Part shown: piece after piece, positions 49,535 through 63,182 of the stretch
How positions within the stretch are numbered: the stretch's first letter is position 1
Layout: every line of letters starts with the position of its first letter
Source: Psilocybe cubensis
Lineage: Eukaryota
DNA: 64,000 nt
Direction of reading: 5' to 3'
Assembly: GCA_017499595.2 (NCBI GenBank)
Contig: CM039000.1
Location: 1,860,001-1,924,000 of the forward strand
The notes under the pieces: model-generated
What the model was told of the DNA's origin: nothing
What the model saw: the letters and a program-made list of their open reading frames with translations, nothing else
Databases searched by the model: none
Position numbers and translations under genes: made by a program

Positions 49535-52500
49535 CTAATGACTGATATATTGGAAAGCAAAAGAAACTTCTGGAAGCCCAGTCTCTGCCCGAAGGAGGTC
49601 GTCGTGGTTATTTTTCAGTTCACTGTTCGTGAAATGATTCCATCTGTAGAAAGATAATCAATACCACAAAAGTGATTGAACCCAGTACACATACGTGCTT
49701 GCATCTCCGTAGAGTAGAGCAGGGGCTTTAACCATCTGTCTACCATCTTTGCACCTCTTGCATTTAAATGTATCATGCGTGTCACACAGGGTATTTTGGT
49801 TAAAAATAAAAAGTTGACGGAGGGCATCGAGGGAAAAATGACGTTCTGCATCTTCCTTTTCGTCCACAACTGCAGAGGAGAGAGCCTGCTTGTTCGCTTG
49901 TCGTTGAAAGATTTTCTCTTCTATCGTCCCCGTGGAGATAAAACGATAAACAAAACCTACAAAGGACAAACATGAAACTACCAAAACAAATGAAAGAAAA
50001 AAAAATGGGCGCACATTCTTTCTTTTGGCCATCACGCCATACACGAGCCAATGCTTGTTGATCTGCTGCAGGGTTCCAATCTACATACATATATTGGCTC
50101 ATAGTATCACGTCCTTTTTTGAAAATGATATTACTTACCAGGATCAAAGAGGATGAGGCGGTTGGCTCCAATGAGGTTAATGCCGCAACCACCTGCTTTA
50201 CTGCTGAGGAGGAAAATAAACTCTTTGCCTGTAGGATCATTAAATTGATCAACGAGTTTCTGACGCTTGGGAATCGTCATCGTTCCATCAAGCCGGAAGA
50301 ACCCATATCTAGTATCAAACACATGAATGCCAGTATAATAGCCAGTTTCAAATACTCACTTTTTGCTTCGGCAAAGTTTCTCGAATAGGTCGAGCGTTTG
50401 GGTATAGTTGCTGATCAACACGATCTTGTCATCGGTTTGAGTATGAATTTGATGCAAGAACCTGTTGGGCTATGACTCAAGGTCACGGAGGCCGCATTAT
50501 ATACAAGGACATACCTCTCCAAAACCAAGAATTTGCCGCTCCAGTCGCAGCGTACAGTTTGATTGCGTCCTCTGTCTTTTGCGCCACTTCCTGCCCCATT
50601 GAAACCTTCTGGTATTAGTTTTTCACTTCCTTTGAGGTCGTCGGGCAAATTAAGAAGTTCGGGATGGTTGCATAGTTTCTTCAGTATGTTAATAGCTTTT
50701 AGAGGTTGTGAGTCTTGTCCGCGAAGGAGCGCCTTGATTTCAGGAGAAGTGATAAAATGATTATAGAGGGATAGCTGGAAATCGGATAAGCCACAAAAGA
50801 CAACTTGCTCGTATTTGACAGGCACTGTAAATAAATATTAAGATTATACTCTGGAAAGGAAATATAAATTCCTTACAATATTTGGACAAAAGGTCGTTGG
50901 TTCTACGGATGATGAATTTTGTGACAAGGCCACCCAACTCCTTTAGTTTCTTTTCGCATTGGGCTTTGATTTCATCGCTTGCCAAAGAATCTCTTCCGCG
51001 TATAATTGCATTTTCGAAGTTTTTTCTAAAGTCATTCTTGGAGCCCAGGAAGTTGGGATTGGCAAAGTTGAGGAGAGAAAAATATTCGGAAAGATCGTTC
51101 TACAAAAGTAGTGTTAAAAAACGGCACTCCAATCAAAGAAGACAGCAAACTTGAATCGGCGTGCCAGTCAAAATGACGCGGCGCGAAACCTTCAAGCTGA
51201 ATAGTGTTTGAAATGTTTGGGATTCTAGATACAGTGTTAACCCTTTACATCGAAAATCGCGGTGCAAACTGACATACCTGAATTCTTCAGTCTGTGTCCT
51301 TCGTCACAAAGTAATAAACCAATCTCGCAGTTTGCGATATATGGGGTCAGTGTGCGAAGAGTCTCATAAGATACAATCATTACTAAACAAAGTCGTTTAA
51401 AAAAGTTCGGACCAAAAAATAAAAAATATACCTGGCTGCGTCACATTTCGTCCACGCGCTGCAACCCATCTGGCTACGCCTTCCAATAGTTGTGCCTTCG
51501 TTCCTTTCCCATCAACAGCAAGAGGTGTTATTGCATCTGGACCTAGCCATTTTACTATAGAATGATTAGCCTATGCCAAAGTGACGATAGAAACAAAGTT
51601 ACCCAGTTCGTTGGCCCAGTTTTTAACCAAACTCGAGGGGCAGACAATGATGCACTTCTCTATCGTTGGCTTTCCTGCTCGTGGCGACTGCTTCAGCAAG
51701 GTCCATAAAAGTGCAATGCATTGTAAAGTTTTTCCCAGCCCCATTTCATCGGCCATAATGCAACCGTATTGGTTTTCGACAAGCATCCCAGTTGTACATT
51801 TGTACAGAAACTAGACGACCTTCAATTACAATCATATATAATACGCACATGGGAAATAGACCTACCTTGACACCTTCAACTTGATGTGGTCGAAGCACTT
51901 TGGAGAGCCTTGGATCAATGACCACTGGAACTTTGCTGACCTTGGCCTTGTCCGTTCCTTCTCCCAATAGCGATTTCAAACTCTTGTGCGGGTTATACAT
52001 GCCTGCCATCTTCTCCCTGAGCTCTTTAGCTTCGCGTTCTTTAGCCTCTTCCTTCTCTCTTTCCTTCCTTTCCTCGTCCGTTTCGCGATCGTCGATTGTT
52101 GGATCGTACAACACAATGGCGTGATCCTCCATAGGATCATGGAGTGGCCGGGGAATAATCTTAGCTGGTGGGCGAACGCCAAGAGAAGCGTGGGTAGGAA
52201 ATAGAGTGATTTGCTTCCCATCCTTATTTACCATGGTCGGTAGAGAGAATCGACGAGAGCTGACCTCGTTGAATGGCTTTACCGAATACACCGGATACTT
52301 GGGTATCGCTGCGAGTAGGTCTGCCTCATTATGATACACTCCGTCTTTATCCATGGACTTCTTCTGTTTCTTTTTAGAATGCTCGGACTCGGATCCAGAG
52401 CCGTCCTCTACATCTTCCTTATATGAAACAGCGCGCTTTCGCTTACGCGACGGCTGGACATGCTTTGGAACTGCTAAAGTGGGTGGTTTGAACGGCTTAT

Positions 52501-52570
52501 TGAGGCGTGTGCTATCTTGTAGACGATCCAATGTCTTTCCATCTGAGGTGGTAGGAATTCGACGTAGCAT
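49535..52570 (-). CDS. RAD54: DNA repair and recombination SNF2-family ATPase Rad54
   Basis: Contains [100 protein letters not shown] and terminal FAFQYISH*. Confidence 0.96.
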
Positions 52571-52658
52571 GTAGAAGAAATGCAAAGGTATCACCTTGAT
52601 GGGTCAATTAGATATTGGAAGTCGACGTTATAAAGACCAATATGGTTACTGTCAACAC

Positions 52659-52696
52659 AACGCGACGCGCGGTGACATTTAAGCACGTGACCGTGA
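52659..52696. promoter_or_regulatory. CGCG-core (MCB-like) cluster plus CACGTG upstream of RAD54
   Basis: AACGCGACGCGC at 52659-52670 and GCACGTGAC lie ~90-120 bp upstream of the RAD54 ATG. Confidence 0.4.
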
Positions 52697-52934
52697 CTGC
52701 GACTTCCGAGTCCAACAGCAAGACGCATGCGGCGTGAAGACACTCAATTTATTTGAAATCGAATATTCATTTAACTTCTACTTTTCCAGGTAAAGAGGCG
52801 AGTTCCCAAGCGCAACAAATAGGGATATAGAAACATTGATATATAAAGCAGTTAATATGAGAGATACGTCGAAAAAGGAAGAATCACAAGAACTGGATAG
52901 TATGTTGAACTGAGCAATCATAGCGGCGAAAGGT

Positions 52935-55287
52935 TTAATTTTCCGCAATATAACTGGACCATCGTCTTTGATCTGCATTCGCTGTTGCATCTGCATAGCC
53001 GCTATAGTTTTCAATTTCCACCTGAACAATCAAAATTTTCGAGGGATCGTTCAAAAGCGAAGACGGTGTATTCAGTCGATGTGACAATAATGTATTGCCG
53101 CTAGAACAAAACACCAGTATGCGCACTCCGGCAACGGCAACAAACTATAAAAGCTCTTAGTCATACATGAATGAGGATTCTAATTTGCCCACTCACAATG
53201 TCGCCTGCTCCAAGGCGGGAGGAAAACCGTGTAAAATGTTTCGTCTCTTCGTCATTTGCATCCTGGTCCATATCAGCCAAGGCAAAAGCGCCTCCTGCAC
53301 GAACTGTTCCAAGGAGCGTTATTGCTGCATTTGGATTGTAAAATTTTCCCGGTATCCCAGTGCCTCCAACCCTTAGGCTCATTGGGTTTGGCAAAGTAGC
53401 TGTCTCGTCCAAAAGGATAGGAATAGAAACCGAGGCGTCAAGAATCACAACTAGACGTGATGGTTTCGTTCTTTGTATAGTTAGTTTCCAAATCTGAAAA
53501 TTGAACACAACAAAAAACTACTCACTGCTCTGGTATTTTAGTTGGATCGGAGCCTAGATTACTTCGTGGTTGTTAGAGGATCTTGGTAATGCCGTTTTCA
53601 ACCACTTGAATATGCTAACTTACAATCGACCAAATATTGTAGATCCATTTCGTGTTTCAATAAATTCTGGTGCTCGACTATGGGTTTCAGGGGTAGATGT
53701 TTCGTCTGCCTGTTTTAAAATATCTGACGATAAACTACCGGAAATCAGACTACGACCGAAGAGAAATAAACCAAAAGTTACCTTGAATTACCATCGGGAT
53801 TAAGTTGTTGTTGAACTTTTTCGCCATCAATCTCATCCTCGTCAAAGTCTGGGAGTTCAGCCGCTTTCGTATCAAAGCCTGCTAGTTGTAACAGCTCTGG
53901 TCCAGAAGGAGCAACTTCGGGCGCAGAAGTTTCTATCTCTTGGGTAGGCACATTGTCTGTAAGGTCAACAACATCGATTTCCTTAGTTGGGCTGCCTGCT
54001 GTCTCTCTTGAGTGTCTTCCCTTAATCGTTTTAAGGGAGCCTTTCTCAGAGATTAGGAGGGAACTGGTATTTTTTACTGGTCTTTTAAGTCCTGCAGACG
54101 ATCGTCCCGGTCCAGGCCTTGCACGTTTGGCTTGATTAGTATCTACGCTTGATGAAGAAATTGTATTGAAGCGTTCGACGGCATGCGTTTTAGAAGGAAT
54201 GGCATTTGGTATGCCCGTGGTCTCCGAATAATCGATCACCTTAACCAACGGATTGTCTGCTCGAGCGCGATGGAGCGGTAAATTTGTTTCTTGGGCCTTA
54301 ACCAACTGCCCACGTGGCAATGCGTCCACCGACGATTGCTCTCCAAAATCTTTCACAGGGTTCGCAGAGGTTGAAGGATTCATCTCCACATCTGAGTCAG
54401 GGATAATTTCAGGAGATGGTATTTTAAGTGATTTTTTCTGTTTGCGAGTGGCAGATCCTTTGGCTTGACTGCTTTGTGTTTTACCGCCTTGATTTAGACG
54501 ACGGTTGAGAGTCTCTTCCGAAGCGGGAATTTGTTGAGCTTGATGAGCTAAATCATTTCGTGTTAATCGCTGGGATTTTCGCGGACTCTCCAGTAACTCC
54601 GGGGAGCTGCGACGACGTTTCCCCGAGCTGCTGTGTACAGACAGTTCCACTTGTTCTGGTGAAGAGTTTGCTTTAGGTGAACCTGATTCAGGTTGGTCGT
54701 TTGTTGATTTACGTTTGGAGCGCTCTAAGAGGAGGAAAGGATTGAGAAGGTCATATATACGACGAGGAACTCTGGCTCACTGGGAGGCCCAATGGGACGA
54801 AAGGTTTCTCCTGACTTAAACAGTGACATATCGTTTCTATCTCTCCCATTTGTTCTCGCGCGTTCCCAAAATGCTTCTACCATGTCCTCAGAGCCAACAA
54901 ATGACTCTGCTGGCTCCCACCTATATATTTCTCGATCGTTAGGTGAGTTAGCAAGTCTAAAAATCATTACTCGCGTATCATCTTCTGGCTTATAACCCTT
55001 CCACTGCAAGGAAATGAACCAGAATTTAAGGCTATGTTATCGTCAATAAGCCAGAGATATTCGCACCCTAACAAGATATTTCTATTATATGGAAAGATAT
55101 TAGTGATATCATCTCTTAAGCAAAACTGTGAAACGTACCCAGACAAGTTTTGCCTTCTTTGATCGCGATGTAGGCTCTACGCGCGCCTCTCTGATGGACT
55201 CTATTGCAGATACGCGTTGGCTTCACTGGGAATTCAGATTCGAGAGAATGTCTTACCAACTTCATATTCCCCTTCTTGGTCGCTCAT
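52935..55287 (-). CDS. Chromodomain-containing protein
   Basis: Small exons assemble to MSDQEGEYEVESIREAR...[24 protein letters not shown], a chromodomain with a Y/W/Y cage. A disordered middle and a folded C-terminal region follow, ending SYIAEN*. Confidence 0.85.
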
Positions 55288-55525
55288 TGGTATTTCGCGA
55301 AAACTCCGTCGGGAAGAGATGATTGAAGTGGTTTCAAAGAATGCAGTTAGGAGAGAATGTCACCACACTCAACAATATACTACTTAGACACCACGTGGGA
55401 ATCCCCCCTTTAACATTTGATCCCGGCTTCCTGGTAACTTTCTGGTCAGTGGTCAACAGCACGATATCACCATTTTGATTTACGTAGTAGACCATGAAAT
55501 CCAATGGGCTATAGACAAGAGGTAG

Positions 55526-56600
55526 TCATCTAATTACATCTATATCATCCCATCTACCTTCGTTAATTTTCTTGAGCAATTCAGTAGACACAAAACAACC
55601 TCTCAAACCCAACACCTTCAAATGTCCCCATCGTACCCACTCAATCTTATCTAAGGCGTAAGTTGCACCTCCTACTGCATCGTTGAGCCAAAAATTAAAC
55701 GATAGATCTAATACGGCGATTAATGGACATAGTTTTGGCAGTCGGTGAAGTGATACTGATGTAGGTAGGTTAATAAGAGCTAGGAGTGTTATTGAGGGCG
55801 GGAATGTCAACAATGTCGACGTGTATAATCGGGTGGATACAAGGACGATGGAACGCAAAGGCCGTTCAGACTCATCCTCTACTTCCCAGTCACGATCTAC
55901 TTTCTCTGTATGAGAAGAATGACGCGCGTCTTGTGACGATGGCATTTGTCGCAGAAAATGGTCTTCTCGAAGATACGCCGTGGGGCCCATGACGATAATT
56001 TCACCGTCGGTATGGCCATTACTATTGAGCAGGGCATAAAGCTTCCATTCAGGTAGCGGTGCATGTATTGCACAATGGCGTATTAAATCGCGTCGAAGGT
56101 GGGGTGGTATGAATGGCACTACATCCTCCTGAAGTGCCTTGCTGTTTTTACATCCTGAAATTATCAATTGCATGCAAAGCAAGGCCAGAGAGGGAACCCG
56201 AGGCGAGTTCATAAAGTTGTCAAGATGCGGGGCGACAATATCCAATGCTTTTGCACGCCAAAGAAAAGTGTCCTTGATGTCATTTTCAGGTGCTGGAATC
56301 CAGCTTTTTGGAGGAGCTGGACCAGAATACAAAGGCAAAGGTCTCGATCTTCGCGTGCCTTCAGTGGAACCCGATTCGTCATATTCAGGAATCGTTAATC
56401 CTATAGGTAACGTAGGGGAGTTGGTATTAGGTATATATGAAAGATGTGAACGGGAATTGGTCAGATTTTGTGAATGACGGAACTGTTCTCCACTTGAGAT
56501 GGAACAAAGGTTAGTTGGGAAACGAAAATTTGGAACTTGTGGTTTCGAGCTCGTACCGTAGGGTGTGCAAAAGTTGGTTTACTTCCCGAGTCGATTGCAT
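55526..56600 (-). CDS. Hypothetical protein with C-terminal leucine-rich-repeat-like segments
   Basis: Two exons (MQSTREVNQLLHTLR/GEQFRHSQN...), with VPSLALLCM, IAVLDLSFNFWL and LKVLGLRGC. Confidence 0.7.
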
Positions 56601-56856
56601 GGATTGTGTATTATGATGGTATTGTGTCCCGCTTATTGCCACACATCGAGGGATTTTGAGCCAATGTAGCGTGACATGTAGTTATAATTAGTATAAACAT
56701 GTCGTTTTTTTCATTATGTTCTCAGCAGGTCAACCGTCATTGTTGCAACAAGTTAAAATTTTGGCAGGTAGATGATATGCAACGAAGTCAAGAGTCTTTG
56801 GTATGCTCGTTCAATCGATGGTAATGATTATGGTGGTATTGTAATTGTTATCTAGA

Positions 56857-58036
56857 TTATTCGAGGGGAAGGAAAGGACTCCTACGATAGGAGGGTGACT
56901 CAACAATTGAGGGCATCGTCTTTGCGAGTTCCACTGTTCCTGCAGGGAAGGGTAAGTCGTCTACACCTTTAGGAAGGACTTTCTCGTAAAGGCCTTTCGC
57001 CTGGTTGTGGCTACTCAAGGCGACCATCTTTTTCTTAGCGTCCCGGATGAGAACCTGGGCATCGTCTACTCCTGGAACTGTTCCTTTCACGAAAATGAGG
57101 TTGAGAGAGGTATCAATGCGAACGACCGGAAGATTTTGCGTTGTAATTCTCTTGTTTCCCATTCGACCTGCCATCTTTTTACCGGGAAATACTCGTCCAG
57201 GGTCCTAATAAAGATTTGTTTGAATGATTTAGAAGCTGAATGAATATATATTCCACCAACCTGATGTTGACCAGTCGAGCCGGAAGAACGATGTGATATA
57301 GATACACCATGACTGGCAGCAAGGCCATGGAAGCCCCATCTCTTCATTCCACCCTGAAAGCCTTTACCGATGCTAGACAGAACTTCAGTACTAAGAAACA
57401 AAATGCGCAGAAAGTTGTTTACGAGTTCGCGACCACGTCAACGAATTGTCCTGGCACAAAGTGTATCGCAGATAAAGTCGTCCCTGGGAGCCGAACATTA
57501 GATAGAGATATATGGTGCTCGCTCGGACTTACCGACTGGTACGAGGGCGTCAGGCGTGACTGGGAATTCTTTTACAATCTGCTTCGGAGGAACCTTAGCT
57601 TTTCGGAAATGTCCCAACATTTGTAGTGAGGTGTTTTTTGCAGGACGGTCGGAAGCGGCAACTTGTACTGCATGGTACACGGTGTGGTCTTTTCTGACAG
57701 TCCTTATGTTCGCTGTAACTTGACAATTTTCGAGCTACAGAGGCATAAATCAGGGCGTGCACAGATCTATACGCAAATACATACTTGCAAGACAGTAACA
57801 GGCACTCTAACCCCTTGGTCGTTCCACAGAGCGGTCATTCCACGCTTTCGAGCGATGAGGCCTGTCCGAATTGAATTTGGGGTCCATTTCGGTGCATCCG
57901 TAGGTTCCAACGGTGTAGCTTTATTCTGAGAACTTGGTGGCGAACCAGAATGAGGATTAGCGACCACTGCAGTAGAATGTAGTTGCTTCAGAAACGCCAG
58001 TTGCCGGCGTCTGCATACTGTGCGGAACCCGAGCAT
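56857..58036 (-). CDS. MRPL3: Mitochondrial ribosomal protein uL3m
   Basis: Arg-rich presequence, [44 protein letters not shown] and [14 protein letters not shown]. Confidence 0.93.
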
Positions 58037-58208
58037 GAGCGTCCCCGATACTTTCTGTATTTAGTGAGAAACAAATATTAGTAAGAAACGCGAACTTGGA
58101 GAATGTCGGACTTCAAAATCATTCATCTCAACATCCGGTCATCATTCTCAACTACCGCCTCTCGGCTTACATATCTTCTTTGCCCTTACTTATTATTGCT
58201 TCAATGGA

Positions 58209-61200
58209 ATGGCTTTTTGGCCAAGTGATGAAAGGAACAAACGTCCTATCGTGTCTAAACGCAAGGGAAGGAAGGTTTTGGAGATCTCCAAGGGCCGCGA
58301 TTATCCCAACTTAGAGCCAGGTTTAATTGGTGCAGCCACATTATCAGAAGGAAATAACAACAAGTTAGAATGGGATTTTTTAACGATGCCTAACAAAGGT
58401 CAAATATTTCTTGCACTGTTTTAATCTACTGACTTGTGCGCCTAGATTTTTCTCTGAATCGCCTAAACATTGGGAAACGTTTGGAAGTATTCCCTCAATC
58501 ACCACCGTTATCCAGTAGAAACACCTCTCGCACTGTACGGCAAAGAGCTGAACAAGGGGTGCGTTTTTTGAGTGTTGTCGTGTTTTATCGTCAGCTTACG
58601 AAGTGTTAGGCAAATTTCCTTCGAACCTATCTCCCCGATGTGGAAATCCCGTCGGAACTTATACGAGACCAACTGCTGGAGGAGACTCAAATATGCGACG
58701 ATCTCGAAGTATTCGACCCATATTCAGGAAATTTACTTGAGGTATCTACGTCTCCTCAAGACCCAAACAGTGCACTTTTATTGTTTCCGACGGGGGACAC
58801 AAATAGGGATTTAAGTGAGTTTGTCCATCTTTTATACCAATTGACCAAACTCATTTCTTCAGCTATCACATACGTTAGGAGCTTAAAACCTCGGAGCATA
58901 CTGTTCAGACCTACTCCTACGCCTCTGTGGAGCTTCTCTACACCCATTCAGCAAATAGAGACGTTGATGGGATTGGGCACGTCATCACCATAAGATGCTA
59001 GATTTGTCGGATGCTCACGCTTCTAATCAGGTGTCAATCTTGTTGTTCGAACCTACAGCTCCACGGAAATGTTCAGCATAGAACATCCTAACCATCATAC
59101 GACGACTACTGCTACAACAAGACGTGTTGCTCGCTTTTCGCGTTCTGATACCAATGATGAAGTGATTGTCGATGCCAAAATTCAGCCTTTCTCTGAAAGC
59201 ATGTTAGTTATTAGCGACCAAGGAACCTTATTCAATTGTACAGTGCAAAATGGGGAAAGATCAGCGTTTGTTCTATTCATGTGTGTTTTTCTATTTTAGA
59301 TTGATCTAGATTATGAAACAGCATTTCGCTACACACTTTCTCGCCTTCTATTCAAAACAAAAGCGGCTTCTGGCGTTTATCTCTTGCATCTAATGGATCG
59401 GTCAGCTATGTGATGTCCGAGAAAACTGTTGAACAGTTTGACAATCGGGTATTGTTTTTTTGTGTTTATGCCGTCCTGCTCTAATTTTCTACTAGACAAA
59501 TACAGTGCAGAGTTTCTTGTCCATCGCTAATCAAAATCACATTTTAACATCAATAGAAAGCTGTAGACACTCAAATATTCTTCCGTTGTGTTCCACCGAT
59601 CAAGTTATCTGGATGGACACCAGATTTACAGGGAAACCACTACTTGCCTACTCACATGGAAGGCAACGCGACCGGTACATATCAACGCAGACCTTGTATC
59701 ACAGGGCCAATACTTGTGAGTGTCCATGGGGCAAGCTAATTTCGGCAGCTGAACCCAATATGCAGCTTTGACATTTTTGACATCTCGAAATAATGGTCTA
59801 GTCACCGTATATGATGTCTCCCGTCCATCTGAGGGGCTCTTCCACCTCAATGATTCTCCATATTCCGTGTTTGGAAGTATCGATACGTATCAAAGACATC
59901 TCGGGCAACAATTTCTATCTCTAAATGAAACTCTCGGACTTGTACGCCTATCAGAGCTTAAGGGTGTCGAGTTCACAGAAATTCTTTCGTTACCATCAGA
60001 ATCCCGCAATGGCCACGCAATAGAATTATCTGAAGATGTTATACAGAACAGAGACCCACAGGCCGTTGTTCCTGCGGATCTTGGCCCACTTAGCATTCAA
60101 GAATTCAGTCAAGTTAATTTAAATTCTGTATACAAAGGTGGTGTAAATAATCCCCCTCTGTACGATTATTGCTAAAATTGTTCTCTAGAACTCTTTCAAA
60201 CCCATTTTGAAAAGATCAAACGGCTCGAAGAAGAAGATGCTGAAATGTTTCACGATATGGTCGACAATTTCCCCCGGTATCTGCAAAGTAAAGAAATACC
60301 AACGGATCACATATTAACAACGTAAGTTTGTATACCAACAATCTGACATACTGTTTGGTGATTGCTGTAACAGATATGATATAGCATTTTGTGCTGGTGA
60401 ACCACCAGGTCAACCTGGTAGAGCCGATTTTCTTACTGAAAGCTTGATTTCTTCCAAAAGAGGCTACAGGGCGCTTAAGCAAGGGCGCCTATCTGCTGAA
60501 CTCGTCAGATCACCTTGGCATCGGTCAATTTCTTCCGTCCTCCGACATTTGGACCCATCCTTTCCATCAGGGCCATTACAATCAATGGAGTACCTTCAAA
60601 GTTTTCAACCACTGGATAATGCGTGTTACTCAAATAAAGCTCGTGAATATGCACAGGACTCGTGCGAGCAGTTGACCGTGGATCTCGCTTTAGGTTCCGA
60701 TATCTATTTCGATGATACAATCTTTAATAAAGCAGAAGCCGGCGTACTGGAAGTTATGACTCAGGCGCTATCCATTGACGGTGGTCCTCCGCCTATTCGA
60801 TTTGGATACTTAACGCCTGTAGAGAAAAATCGATCATATTATGCCGGAGAATCGCAGATCTCAGAAGGCTTACGCTTGCCTCTGGGGGTTCGACTGTTGT
60901 TAAATGACTGGGATTCCGGTAATCCTGACGATTATATCTATAAAAATCCATACGCCGCCGCTTTTCTAGAGACCAAACAATTAAATCAGCCAGCGACCCT
61001 TGAGCCGACATCAAGTTTGCCTGTAAAACTCCAACGTCCACCGCAAATCATGGCGTCCAATACAGTTTCAGCCGCTCCTCCTGAAATACATAAAAAATTG
61101 ACATTAAAATCACTATCTCAAGATCCTTACCCTCCTTCGATAAACGAATTCAAGAATTCGCAAGCAAGCACACCTCCTCAAGGTCTCGCCACAAGTACTC

Positions 61201-61277
61201 AGATAATGCCAGGTCCACACGGTGGAAGGCCGGCTCCCAAGAAAAAGCCACCGAAAAAAAGATTGGGAGGGTTTTGA
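58209..61277 (+). CDS. RRN6: RNA polymerase I core factor subunit Rrn6/TAF1C-like
   Basis: Multi-exon model with beta-propeller-like segments (QVIWMDTRFTGKPLLAYSH) and the C-terminus STQIMPGPHGGR..KKKPPKKRLGGF, resembling the Rrn6 K-rich tail. Confidence 0.65.
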
Positions 61278-61604
61278 TTGCATAGATTTGTTCTCAGCAC
61301 AATAATGTTTTATATGAGTGATATTTAAGTATCATTTTTGGTTTTCCCGTTGGTATACGTAGCCGTTTGATGATAAAAAAAAAAATAGTACTTCTTCCTG
61401 CCAAGTGCAAGTTCAGGTCAAGTGATATTCGCGTGACGCCCTAAAGCCTCGTGCTGCACCGGTCATAGAAATCAAGCTCTACCAGCTTCACGGTTTCCGC
61501 TCCCGTTCCTCATAAACTCCTGCACTCCACAGTCTGAAAACAAAACCGGTCTCGTCGTGCAAGCGCACGAAGCTGGACTTTGGGCCAGCCACATTACCTG
61601 CTCT

Positions 61605-63182
61605 ATGGATGGAAAAAGGCAAGTGATTGATTCATTACCTGTTCGGTGAAAAGGCTTCATATGGCATTCAGGACACCTAATCCTGCGTATGACCCTGACA
61701 AATTCAATGATTTCTTGCGACGTATGTCCATATTCTCTGTTTCTCTTCAGATTATACCGACGCTGGGACTATTACAGAAAACAAGGCAGTCGTATGTGCA
61801 CTTTCAGCTAGCTATGTATCGACTTTCGCAGGATATCCAGTCAGTACAGTCAGGGCCCTATTAGATGTTCCGAATTGAAACGCAATGCTCTCTAGCTGGA
61901 CTCTATCAAGTCCAGACTACAGACAACCAAAACAAGGATAACAGTCCCCAGGCTTGCTGCGCTGGTGTACCGTGAAGAGGGAATAATGGGATTCTATCGA
62001 GGCCTGTGGATTCCATTAATGACGATATCTTTTGTCCGTGAGTAAATAATTAGCATTCCGTTGTTGTCTACAAGTCTGACTAGCAATTAGGCGCTGCAAG
62101 CTTTACCATTTATTCGCGCACCAAAGAGAATTTCCACAACAATAACATCCTTTGTCGTGACAGCATCATCGATGTTTCTTTAACAGGAGGAGTAAGTGGT
62201 GCGATGTCCGGTGCTCTCATATCTTTTGGAAGTGCTCGTGCGTGTTAAAAACTGTACCAGAATTGAACTTCAAACCGACTAATTGTGCTCTCCGGTAGCT
62301 TTTGAGCTTGTCAAAGTTTGTCGGCCGATGAGATTACCGTATTTCAATCCACTGACAGTACACAAGGTTCGTAGACAGTTGGAATATACCATTGCGGCCA
62401 CCAAGGGTATCACAATGGCGAAACCTCCGGGAACAATTGAGGCGGTGAAGGATATCTTTCGGACTAACGGCCTTGCGGGCTTGTACACAGGTTTTCGACT
62501 TCATTTTGGTACGTCTGAAGACATATTTTCGATTCAAAGATTTACCCTGACTATGATAATAGTTCGTGATACGGCTGGGACGGCATTGTATTTTCTTGAA
62601 TATGATGGAATGCGCCATCTTCTTGGGAGGCAAAGGTCGGGAGAACAAGGACCGACTCCTCCATGGCTCCCGATACACTCCTCTTTGGTTCCTTTCGTTT
62701 GTGGTTCGCTTTCAGGGGTGTGTAAACAAGCGAAACTTATCGTACAACATTCGATGTACTGAATGCCGACAGGTTACTTCGTGGGCATTGATATATCCAT
62801 TGGATGTGTAAGCCCCTAAATCCATTTTTACACTTTACCCGACTTCCATCGATTTTTACTTTTTTTTATAGTGTAAAAACCAAAGTCCAACAACGTGCTT
62901 TAGCAGGAGAACGTTATCGAGGTCCATGGGAGACATTGTACCGCCTTGTTCGAGGTGGGTACACTACAGGGTTTTGGAACTGAATAATTCTAAAACATTT
63001 TCTTAGGGCCAGATCCTACTTCGCCTAAACCTATTCTGTCCGGTGTCGCCAGAATATACCGAGGCCTTGGAGTCAGCGCTTTGCGGAGTATCACAACTCA
63101 TGGCTTGCTATGGACGTTATTCGATATGACTGCACAATACATCGACAAACTACCTCCTTCAAGAGTGGATAATCATTATTAA
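61605..63182 (+). CDS. Mitochondrial carrier family (SLC25) protein
   Basis: Three carrier signatures (YPLDSIKSRLQ, APFELVKVRRQ, YPLDVVKTKVQ), plus GFYRGL, GLYTGF and IYRGL. Confidence 0.9.
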
